This document shows, piece by piece, positions 19,191-30,917 of a DNA stretch of 64,000 nucleotides. Made by a program: the position numbers and the translations under genes. Origin of the DNA: Sulfurimonas sp. Its GTDB lineage: Bacteria; Campylobacterota; Campylobacteria; Campylobacterales; Sulfurimonadaceae. The stretch spans positions 2,342 through 66,341 of the forward strand of contig JAVETX010000002.1 of assembly GCA_034005845.1 (NCBI GenBank), read 5' to 3'. The notes under the pieces were generated by a model. The model searched no databases. It had not been told where the DNA came from and saw nothing but the letters and a program-made list of their open reading frames with translations. Position 1 is the stretch's first letter. The number at the start of each line of letters is the position of its first letter.

Positions 19191-20312
19191 ATGAAAATTC
19201 CATTTTACAAATATGAAAGCGGTCGAGACGAACACTCCAATGTAAGTGACGTTCTTGATGGTGAAGAGATCGATCAGGTAGCCGAGCTAGAATCAGAGTT
19301 TTGTGATTATATCGGCTGTTCGTATGCACTGGCTGCTTCTCATGGTACATCCGCACTTCATTTAGCGATGCTTGCACTTGATCTCAAACGTGGGGACAAG
19401 GTAGTTTGTTCGGTCAATGCACATCCTAACGTACCAGAAGTGGTGCGCCATTTTGATGCAGAGCCTGTTTTTATCGATATCGATCCAGATACGTATAATA
19501 TCAATCTAGACAAACTCGAATCGTACTTAGAAGATAATAAATCAAAAAAACTCAAAGCAGTTATTGTGACACATGTAGCAGGTTTATCGGTTGATCTTGC
19601 GCGCTTGTACTCTATTGCTGAGATCTATGATGTCAAGATCGTAGAGGATGCTTGTGATGCCTTGGGTGCAACCTATGGCGGTAAAAAGATCGGTGCGACA
19701 GGTGCAGATATTACCTGCTTTAACTTCTCTTCACACCTAAAAAAGAACATCTGCACAGGTGGGATGATGGTGAGTGATGATGAGGATATCATGGAACGTG
19801 CACGTCTTTTGCTCAACCATGCGATCGTACGTGATGAAGACGCCCTAGAGTATATCTATGATGTCACAGATATTGGGCATGATTACTCTATGAGCCCACT
19901 CTCAGCTGCCTACATCCGAGCACAACTCCAAGATCAAGATAAAAATATCAAGAGATATCAAGAGATCGCTGCGATCTATACAAAAGAGCTCTCAGGTGTG
20001 CCACATATCAAGGTTCCAGATGCAAGTTCAGCAGAGCATCCTTACGCGTTGTATATTATCAAAGTGGATAAGAACCGTGACTCTTTTGCTCTTGATCTCA
20101 AAGAAGCAGGGATCGAGACGGGACTTCACTACATCCCACTTCACCTGCTCTCATACTATAAAGCAAAATACTCACTACGCGTCAATGACTTTCCTGTAGC
20201 ACTTCGTAGTTTTCAGCAGGTTTTATCATTGCCGAGTTACCCAAGTATGGAAGATGTGGATGTGAAGTTTGTATGTGAAACGATCAAAAAAATAGCAAAA
20301 ACAAAAGTATAA
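19191..20312 (+). CDS. DegT/DnrJ/EryC1/StrS-family PLP-dependent aminotransferase
   Basis: SHGTSALHLAMLAL, PVFIDID, IVEDACDALGA, GLHYIPLH, VLSLP. Confidence 0.88.
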   Translation: MKIPFYKYESGRDEHSNVSDVLDGEEIDQVAELESEFCDYIGCSYALAASHGTSALHLAMLALDLKRGDKVVCSVNAHPNVPEVVRHFDAEPVFIDIDPDTYNINLDKLESYLEDNKSKKLKAVIVTHVAGLSVDLARLYSIAEIYDVKIVEDACDALGATYGGKKIGATGADITCFNFSSHLKKNICTGGMMVSDDEDIMERARLLLNHAIVRDEDALEYIYDVTDIGHDYSMSPLSAAYIRAQLQDQDKNIKRYQEIAAIYTKELSGVPHIKVPDASSAEHPYALYIIKVDKNRDSFALDLKEAGIETGLHYIPLHLLSYYKAKYSLRVNDFPVALRSFQQVLSLPSYPSMEDVDVKFVCETIKKIAKTKV

Positions 20313-20318
20313 ACACCA

Positions 20319-21242
20319 TTGAAAAAAAATATCGTTTTTTGGGTTGAGGAGTATTTCTACAACCCAAATATTTTACAAAAAATACTTTCTATTCTTCTTC
20401 TCCCACTGAGTTGGCTCTATTGTTTGATCGTGTATCTGCGCTATAAAAGTAAAAAAGCAGAAAATATGGGGATCGCGGTGGTAAGTGTAGGGAATCTAAC
20501 GGTTGGGGGAAGTGGAAAGACCCCCTTAGTGACCGCACTCGCGCAAAGATATAGAGATGTTGCGATCGTGCTTCGTGGTTATGGGCGCCAAAGCAGGGGA
20601 CTTGTCGTAGTCAAAGATAGACAAGAGATCCTTTGTGATGTGTACAAAAGCGGTGATGAAGCGATGATCTATGCCCATAAGGTTGCTGGTGCGATCGTGA
20701 TCGTGAGTGAAGATAGAAAAAAAGGGATAGCTAAAGCCAAAGAGATGGGGGCGAGGCTTGTGTTTTTGGATGATGCCTATTCCAAACACGACATCAAAAA
20801 GCTTGATCTTTTAATAGACGTAGATGTGGCCAATCAAAACTGTCTTCCCTCGGGTCCTTTTCGTGAAAAGATGTGGCGAGGGAAAGAGGTGATTTTACTC
20901 AAAGAGCAAAAAGATTTTACAAGAGGTGTTGAACTTAAAAATAAAAGTGATAAAATGTCATTAGTAACAGCTATAGCTAGGGGAGGTCGATTAGACCCCT
21001 ATCTGCCAGAGCTTGTGAGCAAAAATTATTTTGAAGATCATCACACATTTACCAAAGAAGAGCTCGAAGAGATCCTGAAGCGAGATGGTTCTGAGTCTTT
21101 GTTGGTTACCTACAAAGACTATGTGAAAGTGGAGTCTTTTGGGCTTCCTCTCTCGCTTTTGGATTTGGATGTAGATGTAGATGAGAGTATTTTTACAAAG
21201 ATAGATCACTATAAAAAGGGATACGATGCAAAAAAAGATTGA
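20319..21242 (+). CDS. lpxK: Tetraacyldisaccharide 4'-kinase
   Basis: VGNLTVGGSGKTP, LRGYGR, GDEA, LDDA, LPSGPFRE, FEDHHTF. Confidence 0.95.
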   Translation: MKKNIVFWVEEYFYNPNILQKILSILLLPLSWLYCLIVYLRYKSKKAENMGIAVVSVGNLTVGGSGKTPLVTALAQRYRDVAIVLRGYGRQSRGLVVVKDRQEILCDVYKSGDEAMIYAHKVAGAIVIVSEDRKKGIAKAKEMGARLVFLDDAYSKHDIKKLDLLIDVDVANQNCLPSGPFREKMWRGKEVILLKEQKDFTRGVELKNKSDKMSLVTAIARGGRLDPYLPELVSKNYFEDHHTFTKEELEEILKRDGSESLLVTYKDYVKVESFGLPLSLLDLDVDVDESIFTKIDHYKKGYDAKKD

Positions 21243-22077
21243 GACAGTTAAGACCTTACTCGATGCATTACCGTTTATTAAGGCATTTAACAAAGAGATA
21301 GTTGTCATAAAATATGGTGGAAGTGCACAAACTTCTCCACAACTTAAAGAGAAGTTTGCAGAAGATATTTTGCTGATGTATTTGGTGGGGATCAAACCTG
21401 TGATCGTACACGGTGGTGGATACAAGATCACAGATATGCTCGATGCACTCAAAATCGATACAAAGTTCATCGATGGGCAAAGGGTGACGACCAAAGAGGT
21501 GATGCGTATCGTTGAGATGATTTTGAGTGGAGAGATCAACAAAGATATCGTTTCTTTATTGAATTCGCATGGAGCAAAAGCGATCGGTGTGAGTGGAAAA
21601 GATGCGCACTTTATCACCGCAAAGCCAAAAGATTTCGCAAAATGGGGTCTGACTGGAAATATCACTCATGTCAAATCTGAAGTGATCGAAAATCTTATCG
21701 CAGAAAAATTTGTGCCAGTGATTGCTCCAATTGCTGCGGGTGAAGAGATGGGGCACCCTGGATATAACATTAATGCAGATCTTTGTGCTTCGTATGTAGC
21801 CAAAGCGATCGGTGCAAATAAGATCATCTTTTTAACCGATACAGCGGGTGTTTTAAATAAAGACAAAGAGCTCATAGGCACACTTACCAAAGCGGATATA
21901 GAAGCTCTCAAAGCAGATGGAACGATCCACGGTGGGATGGTTCCAAAAGTGGATGCTTGTCTTGAAGCGATAGAGGGTGGGGTGCAAAAAGCGCACATTA
22001 TAGATGGAAGAATCGAGCATTCGATGCTTCTTGAGCTCTTTACATCTGAGGGTGTTGGAACACAGATTGTGCATTAA
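21226..22077 (+). CDS. argB: Acetylglutamate kinase
   Basis: VIKYGGSA, IVHGGG, DGQRVT, NINAD, GGMVPKV. Confidence 0.97.
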   Translation: MQKKIETVKTLLDALPFIKAFNKEIVVIKYGGSAQTSPQLKEKFAEDILLMYLVGIKPVIVHGGGYKITDMLDALKIDTKFIDGQRVTTKEVMRIVEMILSGEINKDIVSLLNSHGAKAIGVSGKDAHFITAKPKDFAKWGLTGNITHVKSEVIENLIAEKFVPVIAPIAAGEEMGHPGYNINADLCASYVAKAIGANKIIFLTDTAGVLNKDKELIGTLTKADIEALKADGTIHGGMVPKVDACLEAIEGGVQKAHIIDGRIEHSMLLELFTSEGVGTQIVH

Positions 22078-22088
22078 AGAAAAGTGAT

Positions 22089-22499
22089 TTGAAGAAAATT
22101 TTACAGCTATTTATCTTTACAGCGCTCTTTTTGAGTACAATTTCAGCCAATGATTTTGCGCAAAAGTTAGAAATATCGCTCAAAAAAGATGAGCAAAAGA
22201 AAATTCTTGTAAAATACGATTCGATTGAAAAGCTTTTTAAGCTAAGATGGACCCTTTATCATAACAATGGCTTGGTCGTTTTACGCTCTTATGACAAGAT
22301 CGTCGCGCAAAATGTGCTCTATCTTAGAGGGAAAAATCAAAGTTTTTTACTTGAACTGAATCCAGGTGGACGGGATTATTATAATCCTCCCTATTTTCTC
22401 GTGAAATTCAAAGATTTTGACTACGAGAAAAAAGAGGCACTTTTTGAGATATTTTTATCAGATAAAAATTTACAAATAGAATTTGAAGAACTACAATAG
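22089..22499 (+). CDS. Exported hypothetical protein
   Basis: Signal peptide; LRWTLYHNNGL motif; sits upstream of ispB as in Campylobacter gene order (recalled synteny). Confidence 0.75.
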   Translation: MKKILQLFIFTALFLSTISANDFAQKLEISLKKDEQKKILVKYDSIEKLFKLRWTLYHNNGLVVLRSYDKIVAQNVLYLRGKNQSFLLELNPGGRDYYNPPYFLVKFKDFDYEKKEALFEIFLSDKNLQIEFEELQ

Positions 22500-22518
22500 A
22501 TGAGGAAAGAGGATATCG

Positions 22519-23406
22519 ATGCAAAACGTTGAGCAGGAGATAGCAAGACTGATACAAGAGGTAGATTATGAGGAGGTCACACATCTTTTTGAAAGCCTTA
22601 GTGGTGGAAAAAGATTGCGTGCGAAGCTCATTTTAAAGATTGCTCCACAACATCCCAAGGCTCCTCTTTTAGCTGCGATCGTAGAACTTATCCATGCGGC
22701 AAGTCTTTTGCATGATGATGTGATCGATGAAGCAAGCCTACGCCGTGGTGTTCCCTCAGTCAATGCGACAGAGGGGAGTAAAACAGCGGTGATGCTCGGA
22801 GATATCCTCTACTCAAAAGCGTTTACCGAACTTGTCTCTTTTGATAAAGAGGTCGCGCGCATTATCGCCTCTTCGGTTACAGCTCTTTCAAAAGGAGAGA
22901 TGATGGATGTGAAGATGGCAGAGCATTTTAATAGCGATGCTGCTTTGTATCTTGATATGCTTTATCTTAAAACCGCAACACTTATCGAAGCTGCTGCTAT
23001 GGCGGCTGCACACCTTGCAAATAAAGATGTGACTCGCTATGGGATCTATGGCAAAAACCTCGGGCTCTCTTTTCAGATCATCGATGATATATTAGATATT
23101 ACATCCGATGCCGCAACACTTGGAAAACCTGCGATGAATGATTTTGTGGAGGGGAAATGTACCCTGCCATACATCTACCTCTATGATGCTCTGAGTGAAG
23201 AGGAGAAAAGTCGCCTGATCGCCTCTCACGCCAAAGAGCTTGAGACCCAAGAGAGTGCTTGGATCTTACAAAAGATGCAGGAGTACGCTTGCATCGACAA
23301 ATCTTTTGAGCTTGCAAAGCAGCTCTCAGATGAAGCGATGCAAGCGGTGAGTGATGATGCAGAGCTTGTAGCTATTTTACAAACTATGATACAAAGAAGT
23401 TATTGA
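22519..23406 (+). CDS. ispB: Polyprenyl diphosphate synthase
   Basis: GGKRLRA, LHDDVID (FARM), FQIIDDILD (SARM), GKPAMND. Confidence 0.9.
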   Translation: MQNVEQEIARLIQEVDYEEVTHLFESLSGGKRLRAKLILKIAPQHPKAPLLAAIVELIHAASLLHDDVIDEASLRRGVPSVNATEGSKTAVMLGDILYSKAFTELVSFDKEVARIIASSVTALSKGEMMDVKMAEHFNSDAALYLDMLYLKTATLIEAAAMAAAHLANKDVTRYGIYGKNLGLSFQIIDDILDITSDAATLGKPAMNDFVEGKCTLPYIYLYDALSEEEKSRLIASHAKELETQESAWILQKMQEYACIDKSFELAKQLSDEAMQAVSDDAELVAILQTMIQRSY

Positions 23407-24650
23407 TGCATTATTTAACAGTTAGTTTTTCACACAAAAACTCTACGATGGAGATACGCGAGCGACTCTCTTATCCTGATGATGAGGATATGCACGGCTG
23501 TTTGCAAAAACTCAACTCTTGCGGAACGATCAATGAGGCGCTTTTGATCTCTACGTGTAATCGCATGGAGGTTTTTTGTAGCTGTAGTGATTTAGTATCT
23601 GCCACGCAACATATCTTTACGATGCTCAGTGAGCGCTCTGAGATCTCTATAGAGGAGTTAGAAGGGCGTGCAGACGTCTTTGATGATAGCAGTGCGATCC
23701 ATCATCTCTTTAGCGTCGCGGCTTCCCTTGATTCGATGGTGATAGGGGAGACACAGATAGCAGGACAGCTCAAAGATGCCTTTCGTTTCTCTTATGATAA
23801 TAACTACTGCTCCAAAAAAATAGCCCGAGCGGTCAAGAGTGCTTTTAAGTGTGCGGCAAAGGTGAGAAATGTCACCGATATCTCCTCAAAGCCTGTTTCT
23901 ATGGCAAGTGTGGCGGTTGCACAGCTCAAATCACTTTTGAATGATCTCACAGGCAAAAAAGCTTTAGTGATAGGTGTGGGTGAGATGTCTGAAATCACGG
24001 CAAAACACCTCTTGGCAAACGGTGCGGATGTATACATCATGAATAGAACCAAACACAAAGCGGATGCTTTGGCACAAATCACAGGTGCTAAAAGTATCGA
24101 GATGACACAGCTCACAAGTGCTATCAATGAGTTTGAGATCCTCTTTACAGCAACATCCGCACATGATCCTATCATCACTGATGCCATCATCGAACCGTGT
24201 GATTTTGATCGCTATTGGTTTGATCTCGCACTTCCACGCGATATCAAATACAACAAGGGGGAGAGGATCAATCTCTATGTGATCGATGATCTCAAATCGA
24301 TCGTGAATGAAAATATGGGACTGCGCGAAGAGAGCGCACGTGAAGCGCACAGTATTATAGGGCGTGGTGTGGTAGAGTTTTTTGAATCCCTCTCAACACT
24401 GGATATAGAGCCGATGATAAAACAGATCTATCAAAAAGCGTACAAAGATGCCAAGATAGAAGCAACGCGTGTAATAGAAAACGCTTACATCCCAAGAGAA
24501 TATGAAGAGCAGGTGCACAAAATGGCACAACAGGTTTTGAAGAGATTTTTACACGATATGACCTATAAAATGAGAGCAGAAGCAAGCGAAGAGAGTAATG
24601 ATACGATCACGAGTGCGATGCGATTTTTGATCGAACAAAATAAAGGATAA
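23406..24650 (+). CDS. hemA: Glutamyl-tRNA reductase
   Basis: [35 protein letters not shown]. Confidence 0.96.
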   Translation: MHYLTVSFSHKNSTMEIRERLSYPDDEDMHGCLQKLNSCGTINEALLISTCNRMEVFCSCSDLVSATQHIFTMLSERSEISIEELEGRADVFDDSSAIHHLFSVAASLDSMVIGETQIAGQLKDAFRFSYDNNYCSKKIARAVKSAFKCAAKVRNVTDISSKPVSMASVAVAQLKSLLNDLTGKKALVIGVGEMSEITAKHLLANGADVYIMNRTKHKADALAQITGAKSIEMTQLTSAINEFEILFTATSAHDPIITDAIIEPCDFDRYWFDLALPRDIKYNKGERINLYVIDDLKSIVNENMGLREESAREAHSIIGRGVVEFFESLSTLDIEPMIKQIYQKAYKDAKIEATRVIENAYIPREYEEQVHKMAQQVLKRFLHDMTYKMRAEASEESNDTITSAMRFLIEQNKG

Positions 24651-24654
24651 AAAG

Positions 24655-26361
24655 TTGAGAAGAAGTAGAGCGTTTATTCCTACAACAAAAGAGGCACCTT
24701 CGGATGCTTCTTTGGCGAGTCACATTTTTCTTGCGCGTGCAGGATTTATTTCACAGGTTTCAAGTGGGCTATATAACTATATGCCTTTGGCAAAACGTGT
24801 GATCAAAAAGATAGAGAATGTGATCAATCAAGAGATGGAGCGAATCCATGCTCAAGAGGTGGAACTAAGCTTTGTTACCCCTGCTGAGTTGTGGCAAGAG
24901 AGTGGACGGATAGAGAAGTTTGGAAAAGAGCTTTTACGTTTTCGTGACCGTAAAGAAAACCTCTTTGTTCTTGGACCGACACACGAAGAGATGATGGTGG
25001 ACTTGGTACGTAATCGTATCACCTCTTACAAGCAACTTCCAATCAACCTCTATCAGATTAAAACAAAGTTCCGTGATGAAGCGCGTCCACGTTTTGGATT
25101 GATGCGCGGACGTGAGTTTATCATGAAAGATGGCTATAGTTTTCACGCGAGCATTGAAGATATGGATAGAGAGTTTGATACCGTAGAGGAAGCGTACAAA
25201 AAAATCCTTACACGTTTAGGACTTGATTTTAGAATCGTAGAAGCTGATAGTGGTGCGATTGGTGGAAGTGGATCTAAAGAGCTTATGGTGCTTGCAAACA
25301 GTGGTGAAGACACGATCGCTGTGTGTGATAGCTGTGAGTATGGTGCCAATATTGAAGCGGCAAAACGCTCAAGTAGAGCAAGTATCCCAGAGGCTCCAAC
25401 GGCAGAATTTAATAAGTTTAAAACTCCGGATGTAAAGTCTATCGAAGATCTCGCAGAATTTTTTAAAGTTGATCCATACTATACAGTGAAATGTGTGGCA
25501 AAACGTGTGATCTATGAAGAGGACTCAGAGATCGTACTTTTCTTCTTACGTGGATGTGACACACTCCAAGAGGTCAAAGCACTCAATGCAACGGGTGGTT
25601 TGGATCTTGTGGATCTCGAAGAGGAGGAGCTTCGCTCTTTAGGGCTTGTTCCAGGATTTATGGGACCACTCGATCAAGACAAAGCCAAACATGTAATTGA
25701 TACTGATCTCAAAGATGCCAAAAATCTTATCTGTGGAGCTAATGAGCTTGATTATCACTTTGTAGGTGTAGATATGTCTGTGATGGCAGAGGCGTATTAT
25801 ATGGATATCGCTCAGGTCAATGAGGGGGATACTTGTCCCTATTGTTCAGGAAAACTCTCTTTTACCAAAGGGATAGAGGTGGGGCATATTTTTAAGCTTG
25901 GTACTACATATTCTGCTGCACTCAAAGCAGAGTTCTTGGATGAAAATGGTAAGGCACAACCTTTTGTTATGGGAACATACGGTATGGGTGTGTCTCGTTT
26001 AGTCGCGGCTATCATTGAACAACACCACGATGAAAATGGCTGTATCTGGACCAAAGAGAGTGCGCCATACCTTGTTAATATTATGATCTCAAATATCAAA
26101 GATGAGGAGCAAAACGGAGTGGGTGAAGCACTCTATGAGCAACTTATGGCTTCGGATGTAGATGTTGTTCTTGATGATAGAAAAGAGCGTTTTGGTTTTA
26201 AGATGAAAGATGCAGAACTTATTGGATTTCCTTATACGGTGATCATTGGAAAAGAGCTTGAAAATAATCAAGTGCAGATCTATGATAGAGTAACGGGTGA
26301 GAAGAGTGCTGTGGATAAAGATGAGATCTATGCGCAGATCATGGAACGTGTGAGATCATGA
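24655..26361 (+). CDS. proS: Proline-tRNA ligase
   Basis: [27 protein letters not shown] domain, [16 protein letters not shown]. Confidence 0.98.
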   Translation: MRRSRAFIPTTKEAPSDASLASHIFLARAGFISQVSSGLYNYMPLAKRVIKKIENVINQEMERIHAQEVELSFVTPAELWQESGRIEKFGKELLRFRDRKENLFVLGPTHEEMMVDLVRNRITSYKQLPINLYQIKTKFRDEARPRFGLMRGREFIMKDGYSFHASIEDMDREFDTVEEAYKKILTRLGLDFRIVEADSGAIGGSGSKELMVLANSGEDTIAVCDSCEYGANIEAAKRSSRASIPEAPTAEFNKFKTPDVKSIEDLAEFFKVDPYYTVKCVAKRVIYEEDSEIVLFFLRGCDTLQEVKALNATGGLDLVDLEEEELRSLGLVPGFMGPLDQDKAKHVIDTDLKDAKNLICGANELDYHFVGVDMSVMAEAYYMDIAQVNEGDTCPYCSGKLSFTKGIEVGHIFKLGTTYSAALKAEFLDENGKAQPFVMGTYGMGVSRLVAAIIEQHHDENGCIWTKESAPYLVNIMISNIKDEEQNGVGEALYEQLMASDVDVVLDDRKERFGFKMKDAELIGFPYTVIIGKELENNQVQIYDRVTGEKSAVDKDEIYAQIMERVRS

Positions 26362-26795
26362 TCTATTTTTTAGTCTATCTTTTTTTAGAGGTGCTCGTCT
26401 CTGTCAATATCTCCTCTGCAATCGGTGGCTTGATGACTTTTTTGGAGATCATCTTGAGTGCTTTTATCGGCATAGCGATCTTAGTCAACTTTAGAAAGAC
26501 CCTCATAGAAAATCTCACAGCAGTTTCGTACAACTGTATCGACCTCAAAGAGTTTCAAAGTCTCAACCTCTTTACGCTCCTTGGAGCGATCTTGCTTATC
26601 ATTCCAGGGTTTCTCACTGATATCCTCGGAATACTGATGCAGTTTAGTGTTTTTACCACTATGCTTGTTAACCGTTATCAAGTAAAATCATCTCAATGCA
26701 AGACAGATTTTGACGAAGTGCAAAATCAAAACAATCAAAAGGATTATGATGTTATCGATGTGGAAATTATTAACGACAACAACTCTCTTAAGTAG
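26358..26795 (+). CDS. fxsA: FxsA-family membrane protein
   Basis: [19 protein letters not shown], acidic tail DVIDVEII. Confidence 0.85.
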   Translation: MIYFLVYLFLEVLVSVNISSAIGGLMTFLEIILSAFIGIAILVNFRKTLIENLTAVSYNCIDLKEFQSLNLFTLLGAILLIIPGFLTDILGILMQFSVFTTMLVNRYQVKSSQCKTDFDEVQNQNNQKDYDVIDVEIINDNNSLK

Positions 26796-27585
26796 TGCTC
26801 TTCTTGCACAAAACAATGATAAACAAATCGTAGAATATTTAGAAACAAACTTTAAAAATAACCCAAGTATTAAAAGTTTGGATATTAGTATTGTTGATAA
26901 AACAAAGCTAGAGAGTCCAAAAGATTGGACAGGCTATATGCTGCGTCTTGATGCTGTGGTGGATGATAAAGGCAAAGATCGCCAAGTCTCTCAAAAGATG
27001 GTTTGGTTTGCAAAAGGGAGCGTTATCGCACCAGATCTTATCGATATGGATACAGGTGAGAGCCTCAAAGCGATGGTACAACCCTCTTTTAAACCAGAGT
27101 TTTATAAAAAGGCAAACCTTGTTTCTGGGGATAAAAACTCCAAACATAGAGTCGCGATCTTTTCGGATCCATTGTGCCCATTTTGTAGCCAGTTCGTACC
27201 AAAAGCGATCGAGGATATGAAAAAAGATCCTAAAAAGTTTGCTGTGTATTATTACCATTTTCCACTCGCAGGTCTCCATCCAGCAGCAGTTGAGCTTGCA
27301 AAAGCGGCAATCGTAGCTGAACAAAGTGGAAGAGAAAATGTAGTCTTGGATCTTTACAAAGTAAATATCAACTCCAAAGAGAGAGATGTAAAGAAAATTC
27401 TAGAGGCATTTAACAAAACACTAGGGACAAAAATAACGCCAAGTGATTTGGAGAAGCCATCTGTGCTCAAACAATTTAATGAGGATCAACATATTGCAGA
27501 GGAGTTGATGGTTCAAGGGACCCCAACACTCTTTTTTGATGATAAACTTGATAAAACGAAAAGAAAATATGAGAAGGTACAATAG
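26746..27585 (+). CDS. Periplasmic DsbC/DsbA-like thioredoxin-fold protein
   Basis: Signal peptide; FSDPLCPFC; VQGTPTLF (cis-Pro loop). Confidence 0.85.
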   Translation: MMLSMWKLLTTTTLLSSALLAQNNDKQIVEYLETNFKNNPSIKSLDISIVDKTKLESPKDWTGYMLRLDAVVDDKGKDRQVSQKMVWFAKGSVIAPDLIDMDTGESLKAMVQPSFKPEFYKKANLVSGDKNSKHRVAIFSDPLCPFCSQFVPKAIEDMKKDPKKFAVYYYHFPLAGLHPAAVELAKAAIVAEQSGRENVVLDLYKVNINSKERDVKKILEAFNKTLGTKITPSDLEKPSVLKQFNEDQHIAEELMVQGTPTLFFDDKLDKTKRKYEKVQ

Positions 27586-28539
27586 ATGAAAAAACTAATC
27601 ATTGCAACACGTGGTTCAAAACTTGCCCTTTGGCAATCAGAGCATATGAAAGCGGTCATTGAAGAGCAAAACCCAGGTCTTGAAGTAGAACTTAATGTGA
27701 TCGTCACAACTGGGGATAAGATCATCGATCGACCACTTGCTTCTATTGGTGGTAAAGGTTTGTTTTTAAAAGAACTCGAAGAGGCGATGCTTCGTGGTGA
27801 GGCACATATCGCTGTGCATTCACTCAAAGATGTTCCAACTGTGATGCCTGAGGGGCTTTTACTCGCAGCAATTACAGAGCGTGAGGATGTACGTGATGCT
27901 CTTTTATCTGAGAAGTATGCAGATATTGACGCGCTTCCAAAAAAAGCGGTAGTGGGAACCTCTTCGCTTCGTCGTCGTATGCAGCTCGAGCGTATCCGTC
28001 CTGATCTTATCATCAAAGATCTTCGTGGAAATGTGGATACAAGAATAAGAAAGCTTAAAGAGGGTGAGTTTGATGCCATAGTACTCGCAGCTGCTGGGAT
28101 CAATAGACTCTCACTTTTAGATGCTGTAGAGTATGTGTATCCGATCTCGCTTTTTGAGATGATCCCATCAATGGGGCAAGGTGCTCTAGGGATCGAGGCG
28201 ATCAATGATCCTGAAGTCTTAGCAATCGTAGCAAAACTCGAAGATGAATACTCTCGTATTGAGACAACGATAGAGAGAGACTTCGTAGATAGCTTAGAGG
28301 GTGGATGTCATGTGCCAATCGGTGTGAACGCGACAGTGCTTGAAAATGATGATGTGATCATCAAAGCGATTTTAGGGATGCCTGATGCGAGTGAGATCCT
28401 TAGTGATTCAAAGATCGTTTCACGCGAGCAATATAAAATAATCGGTCGTGAGATGGCGCAAGAGTTTATCGATAAAGGTGCAAAAGAGCTTTTAGCACGT
28501 GCTGATGCGATGCAAAAAGAGAATGAGGCAAACAGCTAG
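27586..28539 (+). CDS. hemC: Porphobilinogen deaminase
   Basis: ATRGSKLALWQ, GGKGLFLKELE, VHSLKDVP, GTSSLRR, RGNVDTR, LEGGCHVPIG. Confidence 0.98.
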   Translation: MKKLIIATRGSKLALWQSEHMKAVIEEQNPGLEVELNVIVTTGDKIIDRPLASIGGKGLFLKELEEAMLRGEAHIAVHSLKDVPTVMPEGLLLAAITEREDVRDALLSEKYADIDALPKKAVVGTSSLRRRMQLERIRPDLIIKDLRGNVDTRIRKLKEGEFDAIVLAAAGINRLSLLDAVEYVYPISLFEMIPSMGQGALGIEAINDPEVLAIVAKLEDEYSRIETTIERDFVDSLEGGCHVPIGVNATVLENDDVIIKAILGMPDASEILSDSKIVSREQYKIIGREMAQEFIDKGAKELLARADAMQKENEANS

Positions 28540-28540
28540 A

Positions 28541-30355
28541 ATGCAAAAAACGATCAAGCTTTTAAACAAAAACAATGAACTCCGTGTCATAGAAGAGCCT
28601 CTTGATATCTATCTTGAGATCCCCCATATTGCTTATGGGGAAGTAAAAAAAAAAGATGGGGGCAAGGCACTTTTATTTACCAATGTGGTAGATAAAAAAA
28701 ATAACAAAACTTTTGATGAACCAGTATTGATGAATATTTTTGGTTCTTATAAGCGTTGTGAACTTCTCTTTGGTCGCTCTATCGAGTCTGTAGCTGATGA
28801 GATCACGAAGCTTCTGCATATGAAACCCCCTGCAAAATTTATGGAAAAAGTCTCTATGGCAAGAGAACTTTTCTCTCTCAAAGATATTTTTCCAAAACGT
28901 CTCAAGGGTGAGGGTGCGTGTCAAAAGATCAAATATCTTGATGGTGCTATAGATCTCTCTAAGATTCCAGTGCTCACAACATGGGAGCAAGATGGAGGTC
29001 CTTTTATCACGATGGGACAGGTCTATACGCAAAGTCTTGAGGGAGATATGATCAACCTTGGGATGTATAGACTCCAAGTGTATGATAAGAATCATCTTGG
29101 GATGCACTGGCAGATCCACAAAGACTCTTCACACTTTTTCGATCAGTATCAAAAAGCGGGTAAAAAGATGCCTGTAAGTATCGCCATCGGTGGTGATCCG
29201 CTCTATACTTGGTGTGCAACAGCACCTCTTCCTTATGGTGTCAATGAGCTTTTGATGTATGGACTCATCACCAAAAATCCTGCAAAACTTGTCAAATCAC
29301 TCACGACACCTCTTTATATTCCTGAGGATGTAGACTATGTGATTGAGGGTTGGGTGGACACCAATGAGATGAAAATAGAGGGACCTTTTGGGGATCATAC
29401 AGGGTATTACACTCTAGCAGAACCTTATCCTGTGATGGAGGTAAGTGCTATTACGACCAAAAAAGAGCCAGTATTTTTAGCGACAGTTGTTGGAAAACCA
29501 CCATTAGAAGACAAATATATGGGTTGGGCAACTGGAAAGATATTTTTTCCACTTCTCAAAACAACAGCGCCTGATCTCTTAGATTATCACATGCCAGAAA
29601 ATGCTGGTTTTCACAATCTTATCTTAGCAAAGATGCAGCCACACTACAAAGGGCATGCAAAGCAGTTTATGCACGCTTTTTGGGGTGCTGGACAGATGAG
29701 TTTTGTCAAGCACGCTATCTTTTTAGATGAAAAAGCTCCAAAGCTTGAAAACTATGGGGCGCTTACATCCTATATCCTTGATAGATTTACTCCACAGTGT
29801 CTCTTTATCACAGAGGGGATATTAGATGCACTTGATCACTCTTCGCCTGAGAGTTTGGTAGGTGGCAAGCTTGGTATCGATATGACCGCTGCACATAAGG
29901 TGGAAGCGCCTCAACTCTTAGGAGATGAAGAGCTTTTAGCCGAAGTCAAAGAGTTGATCCCTGAGGCGGTAGAACTCGCACAGTTTATGCGTCGTTGTAA
30001 AAATCCGATCACTGTGATCTCTGTAAAGAAACAAAAAAATGTCAAAGAATATTTTGATGCCCTTGTAACACTCAGCACTCACATCCGTATCGTTATCTTT
30101 GTAGATGAGGCAAAAAATGATGTGCATAACCCTTATATGCTTCTGTGGCGTGTGACAAATAATATGGATGCACAAAGAGATATCTTTGTCTCTGGTTTGA
30201 TGGTTGGGATCGATGGAACCAATAAAAATCAATTGGATAACTTTAGCAGAGAGTGGCCTGATGATGTTGAGTGTACACCGAGTGTGATCGCTTCACTTCA
30301 AGAGCGTGGACTTTTTGATCTCGATCCAAAATTGATCGAAAAGTATCAAATCTAG
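28541..30355 (+). CDS. UbiD-family menaquinone-biosynthesis (futalosine pathway) decarboxylase
   Basis: NLGMYRLQ, MHWQIHKD, EGPFGDHTGYY, GKPPLED, DALDHS. Confidence 0.92.
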   Translation: MQKTIKLLNKNNELRVIEEPLDIYLEIPHIAYGEVKKKDGGKALLFTNVVDKKNNKTFDEPVLMNIFGSYKRCELLFGRSIESVADEITKLLHMKPPAKFMEKVSMARELFSLKDIFPKRLKGEGACQKIKYLDGAIDLSKIPVLTTWEQDGGPFITMGQVYTQSLEGDMINLGMYRLQVYDKNHLGMHWQIHKDSSHFFDQYQKAGKKMPVSIAIGGDPLYTWCATAPLPYGVNELLMYGLITKNPAKLVKSLTTPLYIPEDVDYVIEGWVDTNEMKIEGPFGDHTGYYTLAEPYPVMEVSAITTKKEPVFLATVVGKPPLEDKYMGWATGKIFFPLLKTTAPDLLDYHMPENAGFHNLILAKMQPHYKGHAKQFMHAFWGAGQMSFVKHAIFLDEKAPKLENYGALTSYILDRFTPQCLFITEGILDALDHSSPESLVGGKLGIDMTAAHKVEAPQLLGDEELLAEVKELIPEAVELAQFMRRCKNPITVISVKKQKNVKEYFDALVTLSTHIRIVIFVDEAKNDVHNPYMLLWRVTNNMDAQRDIFVSGLMVGIDGTNKNQLDNFSREWPDDVECTPSVIASLQERGLFDLDPKLIEKYQI

Positions 30356-30456
30356 ATTTTTTGATAAACTTTTTAAATAATATTACTAAATGTTATAAAA
30401 GTAAGGAAAATGTAATAAATTATAGACTATCATAAACCAAATCAGAAAAAAAGGTT

Positions 30457-30795
30457 GTGTTTGTGAAAAAAATATTTTTTATTGTTTTTCTTCTCCTTGT
30501 CAGTTCTCAGTTTGTGAATGCAAGTGTTTATAAAGGGCATAAGCTTTTTAAGATGAAATGCTTGAGCTGTCATGGAAAAGCTCTTGACTTTGTTATTAGT
30601 AAAACGTCTCAAGAGTGGGAGCTTATGTTGCAACACAAGGGTAAGTTGATCCGTAATGAACATCTTCAAAGAGAAGATGCCCAAGCATCGATGAAGTACT
30701 TTAACTCCGATAGTTATGCCGATCATATTCCCCATTTTAGAGATTTCTTTTTAGAATATGCCGCAGATACGGGAAATATTCCTGCTTGTGATTGA
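30457..30795 (+). CDS. Monoheme cytochrome c, paralogue A
   Basis: Signal peptide, CLSCH, C-terminus EYAADTGNIPACD. Confidence 0.85.
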   Translation: MFVKKIFFIVFLLLVSSQFVNASVYKGHKLFKMKCLSCHGKALDFVISKTSQEWELMLQHKGKLIRNEHLQREDAQASMKYFNSDSYADHIPHFRDFFLEYAADTGNIPACD

Positions 30796-30917
30796 GGTTT
30801 TGCTCTTCGTTGTAAAATGACGTTTTTTCACAAATATAAAATTTTTTTAATACCTGTAAGCTTTATATAATAATTTCTAATGTAATATTGAAAAATATAT
30901 ACCATTAAGGTTTGCAG

